Origin: Candidatus Heimdallarchaeota archaeon
Lineage (GTDB): Archaea > Asgardarchaeota > Heimdallarchaeia > JABLTI01
Reading direction: 5' to 3'
NCBI GenBank assembly: GCA_018238155.1
Contig: JABCTZ010000017.1
Coordinates: 32,001 to 96,000, forward strand
DNA: 64,000 nucleotides
A program made the position numbers and the translations under genes. Below the pieces are notes generated by a model that saw only the letters and a program-made list of their open reading frames with translations, made no database searches and was not told where the DNA came from. Positions 9,497 to 19,121 of the stretch are shown here, one piece after another (positions within the stretch are counted from its first letter, which is position 1; every line of letters begins with the position of its first letter).

Positions 9497-11128
9497 TTAA
9501 ACCCTATTTACAAAGGTTTTATTCTCTTTTTTAGAAACTTTCACTAATCCATCTTCTTTCAAATCGGAAACAATGTGTTCAACCACATTATTTGACTGTC
9601 CAACAATCTTAGAAAGATCCTTTATAGCTATTTCGCCACCAATATCCTGAATGGCTAAAAAGACTCTGAATTTTGGAACTCCTTGTAGTGATTTGGTGAG
9701 GCTTTTGATTATAGCTTCTTTCTCATTAGCTGCTTTTTCTAGATCACCAACACTACTTTTAAGATTTTCAAGTTGAATCATAATTTTGTCTCGTTCTTCT
9801 TGAATGGCATTTCTATCTTTTTCAATAACCTCTTGAGTTTTCGAAATTTCAGCAATAGACTTCTCTTTCCCCTCAAATGACTTTTTAATATCCCTTATTT
9901 CTTTCTTAAGATTTTTGAGTTCAGCTTCATTATTGGTTTTCTCTTTAAGCAAATCATTGATTTTTGCCTCTTGAGATGATTTTTCAGATGAAACATTATC
10001 CTTTGCATCTACAATCTGGTCCCTAAGTGAACGAATCTCATCATCTTTAGTATCTATTGCTTTCTCTTTCTCAGTTAGCTCTGCACTAAGATTTGCAGTT
10101 TTCTTTTCAGTTCGCTCTAAGGAATTTTTATTATCAGTTAGCTGGTGCTCTAGAGCTTTGTGATCATCTTGTAATTTTTTGATTTGTGCATCCTTTTCTG
10201 TAGATGAAGAAGCAATTTCTGATTTTGTATCTGTAACATTTTTTCGAAGCTTGTCAATTTCTTTATCTTTTTGTTGAACAGCATCTTTGTAACTATTGAT
10301 TGCTGTTGTTGCCTCTTTCATACTTACTTCTAATTCATCTGCTCGTTGCCTTTCAAGATTGAGAAGTTCATCAAGTTGATTGGTTTTCGCTTCAAATTTT
10401 TCGGAGCTAACAGACTTCATTTGGGAAACACGTTTTTCCATTGAGGTCAGTTGTTCCTTCAAAGCTTCAATGTCCTTCTTTTGTTCAGTAATTACTTCTT
10501 CTTTTTCTTTTGTAGAGACATCTGAATGTTCTCTTTGTTGAGAAAGGTTGCCAAGTTGTGTTTGTAAATCCTCAATTTCCATTCGTTGATTAACTAAGGA
10601 TTCTCCATGTTCCATAACCTGTTTCTCGTACATTTCAATAGTACGTTTCTGTTCATCAGTAATTTCTTGGAGTTTATTAAGTTCTCCAATCTGACCTTCC
10701 CCTCGATTTTTAGAGGTCTGCCGTTCTGTTTCAAACGTCTTCTCTCTTTCGACGAGTTCAATTTTCAATCGATTTGTTTCTTGTTCCAATTCCGCTATTC
10801 GTTGAGTTGCCTCACCGCTAAAGCTTAAGTTACCTGAAAGGGCACTACTTAAAGTATTTCCAAGAATTTTGCTACCATTTCCAGAAGCATTGGTTAGGAT
10901 ATTCTTCATATAATCCAATTCGAGAGATTTGATGGTATCAAATATTTTACTAATCTCTGCAGGAGGATAGCTAGCTTTAGAAGTAGCTAGAAAATTGTTT
11001 ATTTGTTCATCAAATCTTGAGGAAAACTCAAGCTCAATTTTCTGCTTTAGATCTTGCATTTCTGCAAGAAAACGAACAACAGATTGTCTTTTAATTTCAT
11101 CAGCGTTAGGTGGTTGAAGTTCAGGCAT
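9497..11128 (-). CDS. Long coiled-coil protein with C-terminal winged-helix domain
   Basis: ~380 aa of E/K/Q-rich heptads; terminal PKFRVF...IKDLSKIVG...LKEDGLVKV wHTH. Confidence 0.8.
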   Translation of the reverse strand: MPELQPPNADEIKRQSVVRFLAEMQDLKQKIELEFSSRFDEQINNFLATSKASYPPAEISKIFDTIKSLELDYMKNILTNASGNGSKILGNTLSSALSGNLSFSGEATQRIAELEQETNRLKIELVEREKTFETERQTSKNRGEGQIGELNKLQEITDEQKRTIEMYEKQVMEHGESLVNQRMEIEDLQTQLGNLSQQREHSDVSTKEKEEVITEQKKDIEALKEQLTSMEKRVSQMKSVSSEKFEAKTNQLDELLNLERQRADELEVSMKEATTAINSYKDAVQQKDKEIDKLRKNVTDTKSEIASSSTEKDAQIKKLQDDHKALEHQLTDNKNSLERTEKKTANLSAELTEKEKAIDTKDDEIRSLRDQIVDAKDNVSSEKSSQEAKINDLLKEKTNNEAELKNLKKEIRDIKKSFEGKEKSIAEISKTQEVIEKDRNAIQEERDKIMIQLENLKSSVGDLEKAANEKEAIIKSLTKSLQGVPKFRVFLAIQDIGGEIAIKDLSKIVGQSNNVVEHIVSDLKEDGLVKVSKKENKTFVNRV

Positions 11129-11334
11129 ATTCAGACCTCTTCAATAATGCATTTTATACTAATATCTGATAATTATCACTCTTATATGCACAAGTAAGCT
11201 TGATAATACTTTTTCACTTTATTAATCATTTAGTTTGAGGAATATATATCTTTCACCTTATTCTTAAACATTAAAAACATCTAGAGAATATTATTTTTTC
11301 CTATAGAGCACATTCTTAAGCATAAGAAACACAG

Positions 11335-12036
11335 TTAATTTTCTTTTTCCTCAGAAAGATTCACAGGTATCTGAAGAATGTCATCGATATACAAATAGAA
11401 ATTAGTGAAAAACGAATGCAGTTTAGTGAAAGGAACAACAGGTACATTTTCATGAAAATATACTGAATCATCTAACCATGTAACTATCATAGGTATTATT
11501 ATTCCCTTTTTCCATTTTCTTACGTTAATTTTACTTTTCAGTTTGTTGATATTTATTACTAGAGCTTCAGTTCGAATTATCTGTTCGGTAACTGCAGTAC
11601 GTAAAACAGACTGCTTTCCCGTGCCTCCAAAATGTTTACAATCAATAAGAAGTATGTACGGTTTATTCTTCAAGATGACATCAATTTGATACTTTCTCTC
11701 TTCTGTTGAGAAATTCAAACCAGTTTTTGCTATATATCCGAACTCATCACTAACCATAGTAGTTAATAGTTCAAATTCTTGCCAAGATAATTGTTTGATG
11801 ATTTTATCCCAATCTACACCATTCTTTGCACCATATAATACTAATTGAGCTCTCTGCTCTCGAGTAATTTGAAAGTTACCATCTATGGTTGGCTGTAGTT
11901 GTATTCCAATTTGTTCTATTTCCCTCAAAAAAGAATTTATCTTGTAAAGATTTACTTCTTCCTTCAATTCATCTAACAGAAGGTACGGAACATCTTTTGT
12001 TTTTTGTAGAACTACTAGAAGTAGCTTTTTATACAA
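11335..12036 (-). CDS. PD-(D/E)xK nuclease (Mrr_cat/NERD-like)
   Basis: WQEFE...GY...QIDVI...LIDCKH. Confidence 0.75.
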   Translation of the reverse strand: MYKKLLLVVLQKTKDVPYLLLDELKEEVNLYKINSFLREIEQIGIQLQPTIDGNFQITREQRAQLVLYGAKNGVDWDKIIKQLSWQEFELLTTMVSDEFGYIAKTGLNFSTEERKYQIDVILKNKPYILLIDCKHFGGTGKQSVLRTAVTEQIIRTEALVININKLKSKINVRKWKKGIIIPMIVTWLDDSVYFHENVPVVPFTKLHSFFTNFYLYIDDILQIPVNLSEEKEN

Positions 12037-12165
12037 GGATTATCTCTCCGGTTAAGATGCAGTGTTGATTTCTAATTAAAAATCATTTTGGTTAGATAAT
12101 AGATTAACTTTAAGAGTTGAAATGCTTTTATTTGAAAAGGAAGAATACATTATCTAGATTAGAAG

Positions 12166-13131
12166 GTGAATAAAATAGACCAAAAAATTGTTGTTACAGG
12201 CGGATGTGGGTTCATTGGTAGTAACATTGTTAAAAAGCTGGTTAGTATTGGTTATTCAGTAAAAGTTATTGATGATTTATCTGCAGGAAAAGTAGAGTAT
12301 ATTGAGGAACCTATGAAAGATAGGGAAAAATGTATTTTTGTTAAAGGAAGTATAACTGATTCCGAGTTTCTCAAAAGAGAATTCGAGGGTTATGATGCAA
12401 TACTGCACGAAGCCGCAAATCCAGATGTAAGAACCAGTAAGGATAACATCTTCAAGGATTTTGAAATCAATGTTTTAGGAACATTGAACGTGTTACAAGC
12501 AATGACCAGTAATAAAATAACAAAAATCGTTTTTGCCTCATCAGGAGGAACAGTTTATGGAGAAACAAAAGTAATACCAACTCCTGAAGATCATCGCTTA
12601 GATCCAATCAGTCACTATGGAGCTTCAAAAGCTTCATGTGAACAATACATGGCCAGTTATGCTAGTTTGTATGAAATTGATGCTATTACATTGCGGTTAG
12701 GCAATATTTTCGGTCCTCCATCAAATCACGGAGTAATGCGAGATTTCTTCATGAAATTAAAGAAGAATCCAAATACATTGGAAATTCTTGGAAATGGGAA
12801 ACAAATAAAATCCTATCTCTATATTGATGATTGTGTGGATGCACATATACGCGCATTACAAACACAACTTAGTGGACATACAGCTTTTAACATAGCAACC
12901 TCTGAAGGGATAACTGTAAATGAAATTGCTGACAGTGTAGTCTCTGTAATGGGATTAGATAATGTAGAATACTCTTATACTGGTGGTGAAAGAGGTTGGG
13001 CAGGAGATGTCAAAAAAGCAGTATCTGATACTTCAAAAGCAGAAAGGGAATTGCAATGGAAACCAAAAACATCAATTAAAGATGGTATTAGGAAGTATAT
13101 TTCATGGTTGGAAAAGGAATCTCAAGGATAG
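12166..13131 (+). CDS. NAD-dependent epimerase/dehydratase (UDP-glucose 4-epimerase-like)
   Basis: TGGCGFIGS, YGASK, SS.GTVYG, GW.GDV. Confidence 0.92.
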   Translation: MNKIDQKIVVTGGCGFIGSNIVKKLVSIGYSVKVIDDLSAGKVEYIEEPMKDREKCIFVKGSITDSEFLKREFEGYDAILHEAANPDVRTSKDNIFKDFEINVLGTLNVLQAMTSNKITKIVFASSGGTVYGETKVIPTPEDHRLDPISHYGASKASCEQYMASYASLYEIDAITLRLGNIFGPPSNHGVMRDFFMKLKKNPNTLEILGNGKQIKSYLYIDDCVDAHIRALQTQLSGHTAFNIATSEGITVNEIADSVVSVMGLDNVEYSYTGGERGWAGDVKKAVSDTSKAERELQWKPKTSIKDGIRKYISWLEKESQG

Positions 13132-13136
13132 CATTC

Positions 13137-13802
13137 CTAGTTCTCTGATAAAATCTGAATGAGTTCTACCATAGAGCGAATGTGCTTCCAAATAGTTATT
13201 CCATATTTTTGAGCATCCAATAAATCATTACGTATTAAGATAAAAGATACTTTAGCTTCATTTGCAGCTTTTGCATCAATCCATGAATCACCAACAAAAA
13301 GGACTTCGTCGGGTTGAAGCCCCATTTTTGATAAAATGAGTTCAATACCTTCTTTATCTGGTTTCATCTTTGTAACATCTTCTCGTGCAACAATTAGAGA
13401 AAAATAGTTGGTCATGTTGAATTTTGTTAAAACTTCCATAGTTGGATTACAAGCGTTATTAGTTAATAGAGCAGATTCAATTTCTAATTTCATAATTGAG
13501 TCCAATGTTGTAAGAACATCTTGATCAATAGTGATATTTTCCATTCCTTTACGTTCAAATTCCTCGACAATTTCCCATAATTCCGGGACTAGTATAGTAC
13601 CATTTCTTTTATCAAAAGATTCAGCTTTGTCGATGATATTTCCGGCAGTATATTTGTGAGGAATCTCTTCTTCACTTCCGAATTCTAAACCAAATTTGGT
13701 TGTTAAACGTGCCATTTCAACTTTCATTTTTGGAAAATCAATATTCGATTTAACTAGGGTGTTATCAAAGTCAAAGATAATACATTTCAAGGAATTGATC
13801 AC
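13137..13802 (-). CDS. HAD-superfamily hydrolase
   Basis: FDFDNTLV, KPD..G, VGDSWID. Confidence 0.9.
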   Translation of the reverse strand: MINSLKCIIFDFDNTLVKSNIDFPKMKVEMARLTTKFGLEFGSEEEIPHKYTAGNIIDKAESFDKRNGTILVPELWEIVEEFERKGMENITIDQDVLTTLDSIMKLEIESALLTNNACNPTMEVLTKFNMTNYFSLIVAREDVTKMKPDKEGIELILSKMGLQPDEVLFVGDSWIDAKAANEAKVSFILIRNDLLDAQKYGITIWKHIRSMVELIQILSEN

Positions 13803-13805
13803 TAT

Positions 13806-15014
13806 TCAATCACCTTTTTTCACAACAGAATGTGCTACTATTTTACATCCTTTTGTAATAGTAACATTTGCTGATAAGAGTGCTTTCCCACCAATAATAA
13901 CAAAATCCTCTAGCTTGTCACGATCGCGTTCTGCGATCAATAATTCTTCTGAAAGCTCTATTGGAGTAATTTTAGTATTAGAACCTACCACTACTTCTTC
14001 CCCTATAATTGTGGATGAAAATTCACAATTGGCTCCAATACGAGACTTGTTCATCAACAAAGTTTCAGCAATAATACTATCACCACCAATTTCACAATCG
14101 GAACCAATATAGACTCGTGGACCGATTTTAGACCCCGTTTCAATAAGTGTTCCTTTGCCAACAAGAACGGGTCCTTTGAAGAAAACACTAGAGAATTCTA
14201 TTTCTACATCCGCTTCAAAGAATATATCTTTGACAGCTTTGAAACCGATTTCTCCGCCTGAATGAAATTGCATTTTAAGCATTTTCTCTTTTGGAAGGAA
14301 AAATCTCTGAGCATTGAATAAATCAATAGGATTCTCAATACTCATCCAATTATCAGTAATTAACGCACCAAGAACTCCTTTCTCGCCAAGAAGGGAAATG
14401 GTATCAGTTATTTCGAATTCTCCTCTCTCTGAAAGAGGTGTTGCTCGAATAGTATCAAAAAGATCATTACCAAAAAGGTAAATTCCCGCATTGATGTACC
14501 TTTGCTCACCGTTAGCAGATCCTCCTTTTGCCTTTTCTTTAATATCAAGAACTTTCCCATCATCAGTAATTCGAAGTAACCCATATCGTTCATCATCTCC
14601 TGGAAAAACAACCATAGAACATTTGGCTTTGATTTTTTCATGATGATCAATTAATTCGGGAATGATCACATCCAAAGGTGCAAGAATATCTCCATTCATA
14701 ACTAAACAATGTTTTTCATTACCAACAAAAGGCTCTGCTTGTGCGATAGCATCTGCTGTACCTTGTGCTGGATCTTGGATAGTGATTTCAATTTTATCGG
14801 AATATTCCTTACATGAAAAAATAGCACTCATTTTATCAACTTGTCCTGGAGAAACAACTAAAACCAATTTATCCATTAAACCTGATTCTTGAATCATATC
14901 TGCCATATGCACTAAAAGAGGTTCATTCATAATAGGTAATGACCCCTTCAAACGAGTTTCTGTTAAGGGTCGTAATCGTTTCGCTTGTCCGGCTGCAATA
15001 ATAATAACAATCAA
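13806..15014 (-). CDS. Sugar-phosphate nucleotidyltransferase with left-handed beta-helix (GlmU/GCD1-like)
   Basis: AAGQAKRLRPLT, GTADA, NGD, SERGEFEITD, hexapeptide repeats. Confidence 0.88.
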   Translation of the reverse strand: MIVIIIAAGQAKRLRPLTETRLKGSLPIMNEPLLVHMADMIQESGLMDKLVLVVSPGQVDKMSAIFSCKEYSDKIEITIQDPAQGTADAIAQAEPFVGNEKHCLVMNGDILAPLDVIIPELIDHHEKIKAKCSMVVFPGDDERYGLLRITDDGKVLDIKEKAKGGSANGEQRYINAGIYLFGNDLFDTIRATPLSERGEFEITDTISLLGEKGVLGALITDNWMSIENPIDLFNAQRFFLPKEKMLKMQFHSGGEIGFKAVKDIFFEADVEIEFSSVFFKGPVLVGKGTLIETGSKIGPRVYIGSDCEIGGDSIIAETLLMNKSRIGANCEFSSTIIGEEVVVGSNTKITPIELSEELLIAERDRDKLEDFVIIGGKALLSANVTITKGCKIVAHSVVKKGD

Positions 15015-15120
15015 CAGTGATCACCAAGATAATTACAAACAATCAAAGAATGAATACTCTTACTTATTTTAATACTATCATTGACTTTATGATTAGAAGA
15101 AAAGACAAGTACAAATAAGA

Positions 15121-15155
15121 GAAAAATCTCAGCGGAAAGAAGCTGAGAAAAAAAT
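15121..15155 (-). terminator. Hairpin terminator downstream of the UEV/Vps23-like gene
   Basis: TCTCAGC-N8-GCTGAGA stem flanked by A-tracts (U-tracts on the minus strand). Confidence 0.5.
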
Positions 15156-15170
15156 AAAATAACAAATAAG

Positions 15171-15854
15171 CTAGCTTATTTGTGTGATGATCTGAAGTTG
15201 TTTGCGAATTCGGAGATAATTTTTAGCAAAATCGGTAGCAGAATAATCTGCCCAGTGGAACTTCTCCTCGCAATCAAAGAGCTCCTCTTCAAGATGTAAC
15301 TTTCGACGTTCAAGATATTTTTCACGTTCTGAGCTTCGATCAAGAGATGAACGACCACTCATTCCTGCACGAATACTAGCTAGCTCTTGTTCTTTTTGGC
15401 GTAGAACTTCCTCAAGTTGAGCTTTCTGTCGAGTGAAAACTTTAATTGCGTTAGCAGGTTTTGAGGCAGCTGAAATTGGTCTAGCACCTTTCTCAAGTAA
15501 ATGTCTCGCAGGGCGGAGAGGCTCTCGAGCAAATAACCCTTTAATGGAATTTGCAACTTGGAATATATGATACTCTGGATTCCATTTCTTAACAATCCAG
15601 AGGTCAATAATTTTGCCTTCAGTAACCCTAGGGTGCTCTACTTCAGAAATCATTTTAACAATAGGAGGAGTAGCGGGAAAACCACCGATAATTTCAATTT
15701 CAACAGTGAAGAAGCGATTGGAAAATTCGCCCCTGCCTGGAATAAGACCTTTCCATCGAGTCATATCACCTTTGATAGGTTCAAACCCACGACCCTTCTC
15801 ATACATCCAACGTGCCTCACGGGCAATGACAAGATCTGGAATATTTTTAATCAT
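15171..15854 (-). CDS. UEV (inactive E2) - coiled coil - steadiness-box protein, Vps23/TSG101-like (ESCRT-I)
   Basis: E2 fold (W.GLIPG, FP.TPP.V, HPRV..GKIIDL with Cys replaced, W.P...I.QV), coiled coil, then LEEELF..EEKF.....SATDFAKNYL.IRKQ; likely start ATG 15854. Confidence 0.78.
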   Translation of the reverse strand: MIKNIPDLVIAREARWMYEKGRGFEPIKGDMTRWKGLIPGRGEFSNRFFTVEIEIIGGFPATPPIVKMISEVEHPRVTEGKIIDLWIVKKWNPEYHIFQVANSIKGLFAREPLRPARHLLEKGARPISAASKPANAIKVFTRQKAQLEEVLRQKEQELASIRAGMSGRSSLDRSSEREKYLERRKLHLEEELFDCEEKFHWADYSATDFAKNYLRIRKQLQIITQIS

Positions 15855-16240
15855 TATACTATCAACCACTTTTATTTTCTTTTTTATAAAATTGATACTA
15901 TTCGTATCTCTACTTCTTATAGGGCTCTTACCCTTATTATTTATTTGCAATTCAACATTATAAAAGTGATTAATTGACATTATTCGCATTAAATTAAAAA
16001 TGGGCAGTTGATTTTCTCTGCTAAAATATAAAAATTCACTTATCGAACCTCGAATATTATACTTACATTTATCAACCTACAGAATTTCTCTAATTCATTG
16101 AATCAAAGAACTATTGAAAAAATCGTTTCAAAAACTATTTCCTTTGAATGATGAATTAGTTTCTGTATAGTTAATGTTATGAAAAACAACAATTTGAGAA
16201 TGAAAAAATTTCTATTGAAAGAAAGAATTATAAATAGATA

Positions 16241-16383
16241 GTCTCAACTTCGTCAAGTGATAAAGAAAACTTTATCTTTGTTAGAGATGCTGAGATGCAT
16301 TCTATTCTTAGTCTATGAATAAAGCTGAAACTGAGAGTGTAACCAACTCAAAGAACGAGTAGGCTTAGAACATAGCCCGAGAA
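16241..16383 (+). ncRNA. Candidate structured RNA / long 5' leader upstream of rps19e
   Basis: Several nested stems in an otherwise A/T-rich spacer, downstream of a TATA-like TTATAAAT at 16228. Confidence 0.3.
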
Positions 16384-16415
16384 AATCAAATAAAAAACTT
16401 CAAGGTTATATAAAA

Positions 16416-16856
16416 ATGCCAACGGCTTATGACGTTCCTGCAGAAGACTTGATCAAAGAAGTTGCAAAGGAACTAAAGAAATCAAAGAAAATAACTCCGC
16501 CCGAATGGGCAAGCTACGTTAAGACAGGATCATTTAAGCAACATGCCCCAAGAGAAGAAGATTGGTGGTTCATCCGTTGTGCATCTCTATTACGTAAGCT
16601 CTATGTTAGTGGTCCAATCGGAACTTCCCATCTAAGAAAAGAGTACGGTGGATTAAGAAGAGGAAGAAATAGACCAGAGAAGTTCACAAGAGCAAGTGGA
16701 GCAGTTATACGAAAAGCTTTACAACAATTGGAAAAAGCTGATTTAGTGACCTCAGACAGAAAAGGCAGAGTTGTTTCAGCAAAAGGGCGATCAATGCTTG
16801 ATAAAACTGCAGCACAAATCATAAAAGAACAATATCCCGAACTCAAAAAATATTAG
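16416..16856 (+). CDS. rps19e: 30S ribosomal protein S19e
   Basis: MPTAYDVP, PEWA.YVKTG, WW..R.AS.LRK, LQQLE. Confidence 0.97.
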   Translation: MPTAYDVPAEDLIKEVAKELKKSKKITPPEWASYVKTGSFKQHAPREEDWWFIRCASLLRKLYVSGPIGTSHLRKEYGGLRRGRNRPEKFTRASGAVIRKALQQLEKADLVTSDRKGRVVSAKGRSMLDKTAAQIIKEQYPELKKY

Positions 16857-16894
16857 TTCTTGAACGATGATTAGTAAATGTGAGAGAAAAAAAT

Positions 16895-17233
16895 ATGTCC
16901 CAAGATAAAGAGCTTGAAGAATTGCGAAAAAGAAGAGAAGCTGAATTACAATCTCAAGCAGGAACACAAGCGCAAGCACAAGCTCAAAGAGCAGAAATTG
17001 ATGCTCAAAAAGCAGTGATCCTACGACAAATTCTCACACCAAAAGCAAGAGACCGATTAGCAAATATCAAGATGGCTAGAGCCGATTTTGCTGAAAAATT
17101 AGAAAACCAACTAATTCAATTAGCGTCAAGTGGGAACCTTCGAGGCCAAATGACCGAAGAACAATTAGTGGAAATCTTGCGACGATTGCAATCTGGAAAA
17201 AGAGAAAGTACTATCGAGTTTAAAAGAAAATAA
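16895..17233 (+). CDS. DNA-binding protein, PDCD5/TFAR19 family
   Basis: ELEELRKRR, ILTPKARDRL.NI, E.QLIQLA; usual position after rps19e. Confidence 0.93.
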   Translation: MSQDKELEELRKRREAELQSQAGTQAQAQAQRAEIDAQKAVILRQILTPKARDRLANIKMARADFAEKLENQLIQLASSGNLRGQMTEEQLVEILRRLQSGKRESTIEFKRK

Positions 17234-17254
17234 TAACAAAGGAAGGAAAAAACA

Positions 17255-17410
17255 ATGGGTCGAAGTGTACCACTAGGAAAAAAATTAAGAATGGCAAAAG
17301 CAAAAAGAAGAACACACGGTGTTCCAACCTGGGTTGTTATGAAAACCTCTGGTAAAGTAAGAAACCACCCCAAGAAGCGACACTGGCAGAGAAATAATCT
17401 GAAAGTGTGA
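17255..17410 (+). CDS. rpl39e: 50S ribosomal protein L39e (51 aa, absent from ORF track)
   Basis: Translated MGRSVPLGKKLRMAKAKRRTHGVPTWVVMKTSGKVRNHPKKRHWQRNNLKV; synteny with rpl31e. Confidence 0.95.
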   Translation: MGRSVPLGKKLRMAKAKRRTHGVPTWVVMKTSGKVRNHPKKRHWQRNNLKV

Positions 17411-17449
17411 TTACGATTAATGAATCAATGTTAAGTGAGATGATACCCA

Positions 17450-17824
17450 ATGAGCTCAGAAGAAGTTGAAATCGAGGAAAGAATTTATACGATTCCGTTC
17501 TACCCCAAGCTTAAATTATCTACACGCTATAAACGTGCTCCTCGTGCTATTAGAATTATGAAGGAATTCATTTACCGTCATATGAAAGCTGAGGATATCA
17601 TTATCGATAATGAATTGAATGAATTCATTTGGGCACGCGGCATCCAAAAGCCACCTCGAAAAGTGCGTGTACGTGCAATTAAAGATGAAGATGGTATTGT
17701 AGAACTCTATTTAGTTGAAAAGAAAGTTGCTACAGAGGCAAGAATTCCCGAAGTCCGCAGAAAACCAGGACGAGGCGAACTCCGCCCACCCGAAGACGAA
17801 GATATCGAAGAAGAAGAAGACTGA
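17450..17824 (+). CDS. rpl31e: 50S ribosomal protein L31e
   Basis: ERIYTIP, KRAPRA, LNEFIWARGIQKPP.KVRV. Confidence 0.96.
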   Translation: MSSEEVEIEERIYTIPFYPKLKLSTRYKRAPRAIRIMKEFIYRHMKAEDIIIDNELNEFIWARGIQKPPRKVRVRAIKDEDGIVELYLVEKKVATEARIPEVRRKPGRGELRPPEDEDIEEEED

Positions 17825-17826
17825 GA

Positions 17827-17920
17827 TCTTTTTCCTTTTTTCTTTCCTTTTTCCTTCCCTTCAAACTTTCTCTTTTTCTTATTTTTTCAATCTGTTTTTT
17901 GAACATTTTCCTTTTTTGAG
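17827..17920 (+). terminator. Long pyrimidine/T-rich archaeal terminator region
   Basis: Extended oligo-T/C tract directly after the rpl31e stop. Confidence 0.55.
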
Positions 17921-18045
17921 ACGATTAACCATCTTTTTGTTGCGTCACTCATAATTGAGTTAATACAATTTCTATTTATAAGAATTTGATAACATAATTT
18001 TAAGCAAACTATTTTGCCTAACTAAAAACATCTGGGTGACAATGC

Positions 18046-18822
18046 TTGGGTAATTCATTCACAAACGAAATTGATGATAAAATAGCAAAAGAAGATGAAA
18101 CTTCAATAACAGAGCAGATCAATTCCAAACCTGTTGATCTTGAAATAGATTCCTCTTCTGATAAATTCGATGATGATTTAATTGAAACAAGAGAATTTAA
18201 GGGAAAATCAATTGCTATAGAGTTTGCTGGAGGAGCAATATTAGGTGGGTTAAGTATTGTTTTTGCAGTATTAGTTAATCCCTTTATGCCTACCCTCCCT
18301 GGGTTGGGTATCAAAATCTTTGATTTAATAGCAATTCCAATGATACTGGCTTACATTATCTTTGGTATTAGAAGTGGTCTTTTAGCAACAGTTATTGGTT
18401 GTTTAGGGATTTTAATCTTACCTGAATCAATGGCTTGGGTCGGAATGCTTGCTAAATTCTTTGCAACGATTCCTATGATAATCATTCCTTGGTTAGTTTT
18501 CAAGACCAATACCTTAATCTCTAAGAAAAGTAAAATTATTCCTATTATCGAAGAAACTTCTGATAATCTGAAGAAATATTATTTTTGGTTTATGTTAGTA
18601 GCAATTTTAATTCGTTTTATTCTCATGTTCGTTTTGAATCTTTTTGTGTTTGTTCCTCTATTCACTGGTGGAGGTGTCACAATAGCAACTAATCCACAAA
18701 TTGCTCTAACGAGTGCAATTATTTATGCTCTTTGGAATTTCGTACAAGGAACGGGTGATGCATTAATTCCTTTTCTGCTTGCCTATCCAACGCGATTCAC
18801 AAAAATCTTTGGAACTTGGTAA
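18046..18822 (+). CDS. ECF transporter S-component-like membrane protein
   Basis: Five to six TM helices, D..AIP, terminal NF.QG motif. Confidence 0.6.
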   Translation: MGNSFTNEIDDKIAKEDETSITEQINSKPVDLEIDSSSDKFDDDLIETREFKGKSIAIEFAGGAILGGLSIVFAVLVNPFMPTLPGLGIKIFDLIAIPMILAYIIFGIRSGLLATVIGCLGILILPESMAWVGMLAKFFATIPMIIIPWLVFKTNTLISKKSKIIPIIEETSDNLKKYYFWFMLVAILIRFILMFVLNLFVFVPLFTGGGVTIATNPQIALTSAIIYALWNFVQGTGDALIPFLLAYPTRFTKIFGTW

Positions 18823-19121
18823 AAAACCATTTTCTTCTTTTTCTTTATCTATGAAATTGTATCGACCTAAAGGTAATTTAATAAACAAAGCGAATACTTT
18901 ATAAAATGCATCTAAAAAGTGCGCTAAAATCACATATTTACGCGTAACACTTTTTAGGTAGATTGCATTTAACATATTACCTTAAACAATCTATCGTAAT
19001 ACGTACTAGAAAACCTTGAGTCTATTACAGCTCAAAGACAAACAAAAGCTTGCCGAAGGTGATCTGTCGTTTTCTATTATAGATGAAATTACAGATGAAT
19101 TTGCGTGTGAGGTCTAAAAAA

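Noticed and set aside
9497-11128. SMC/Rad50 ATPase
   Set aside because: No Walker A/B or signature motif, and no hinge or zinc hook.
15171-15854. Active ubiquitin-conjugating enzyme E2
   Set aside because: The catalytic Cys and the HPN Asn are both substituted.
13696-15977. Antisense and overlapping short ORFs (for example 13696-14112 and 15558-15977), and similar ones throughout the window
   Set aside because: They lie on top of well-supported genes and have no motifs or RBS.
16241-16383. RNase P RNA, tRNA or C/D-box sRNA identity for the structured spacer
   Set aside because: Fragments such as TGAAAC, GGCTTA and CTGA occur, but the P4 pairing, T-loop and proper C/D spacing are absent and the region is short and AT-rich.
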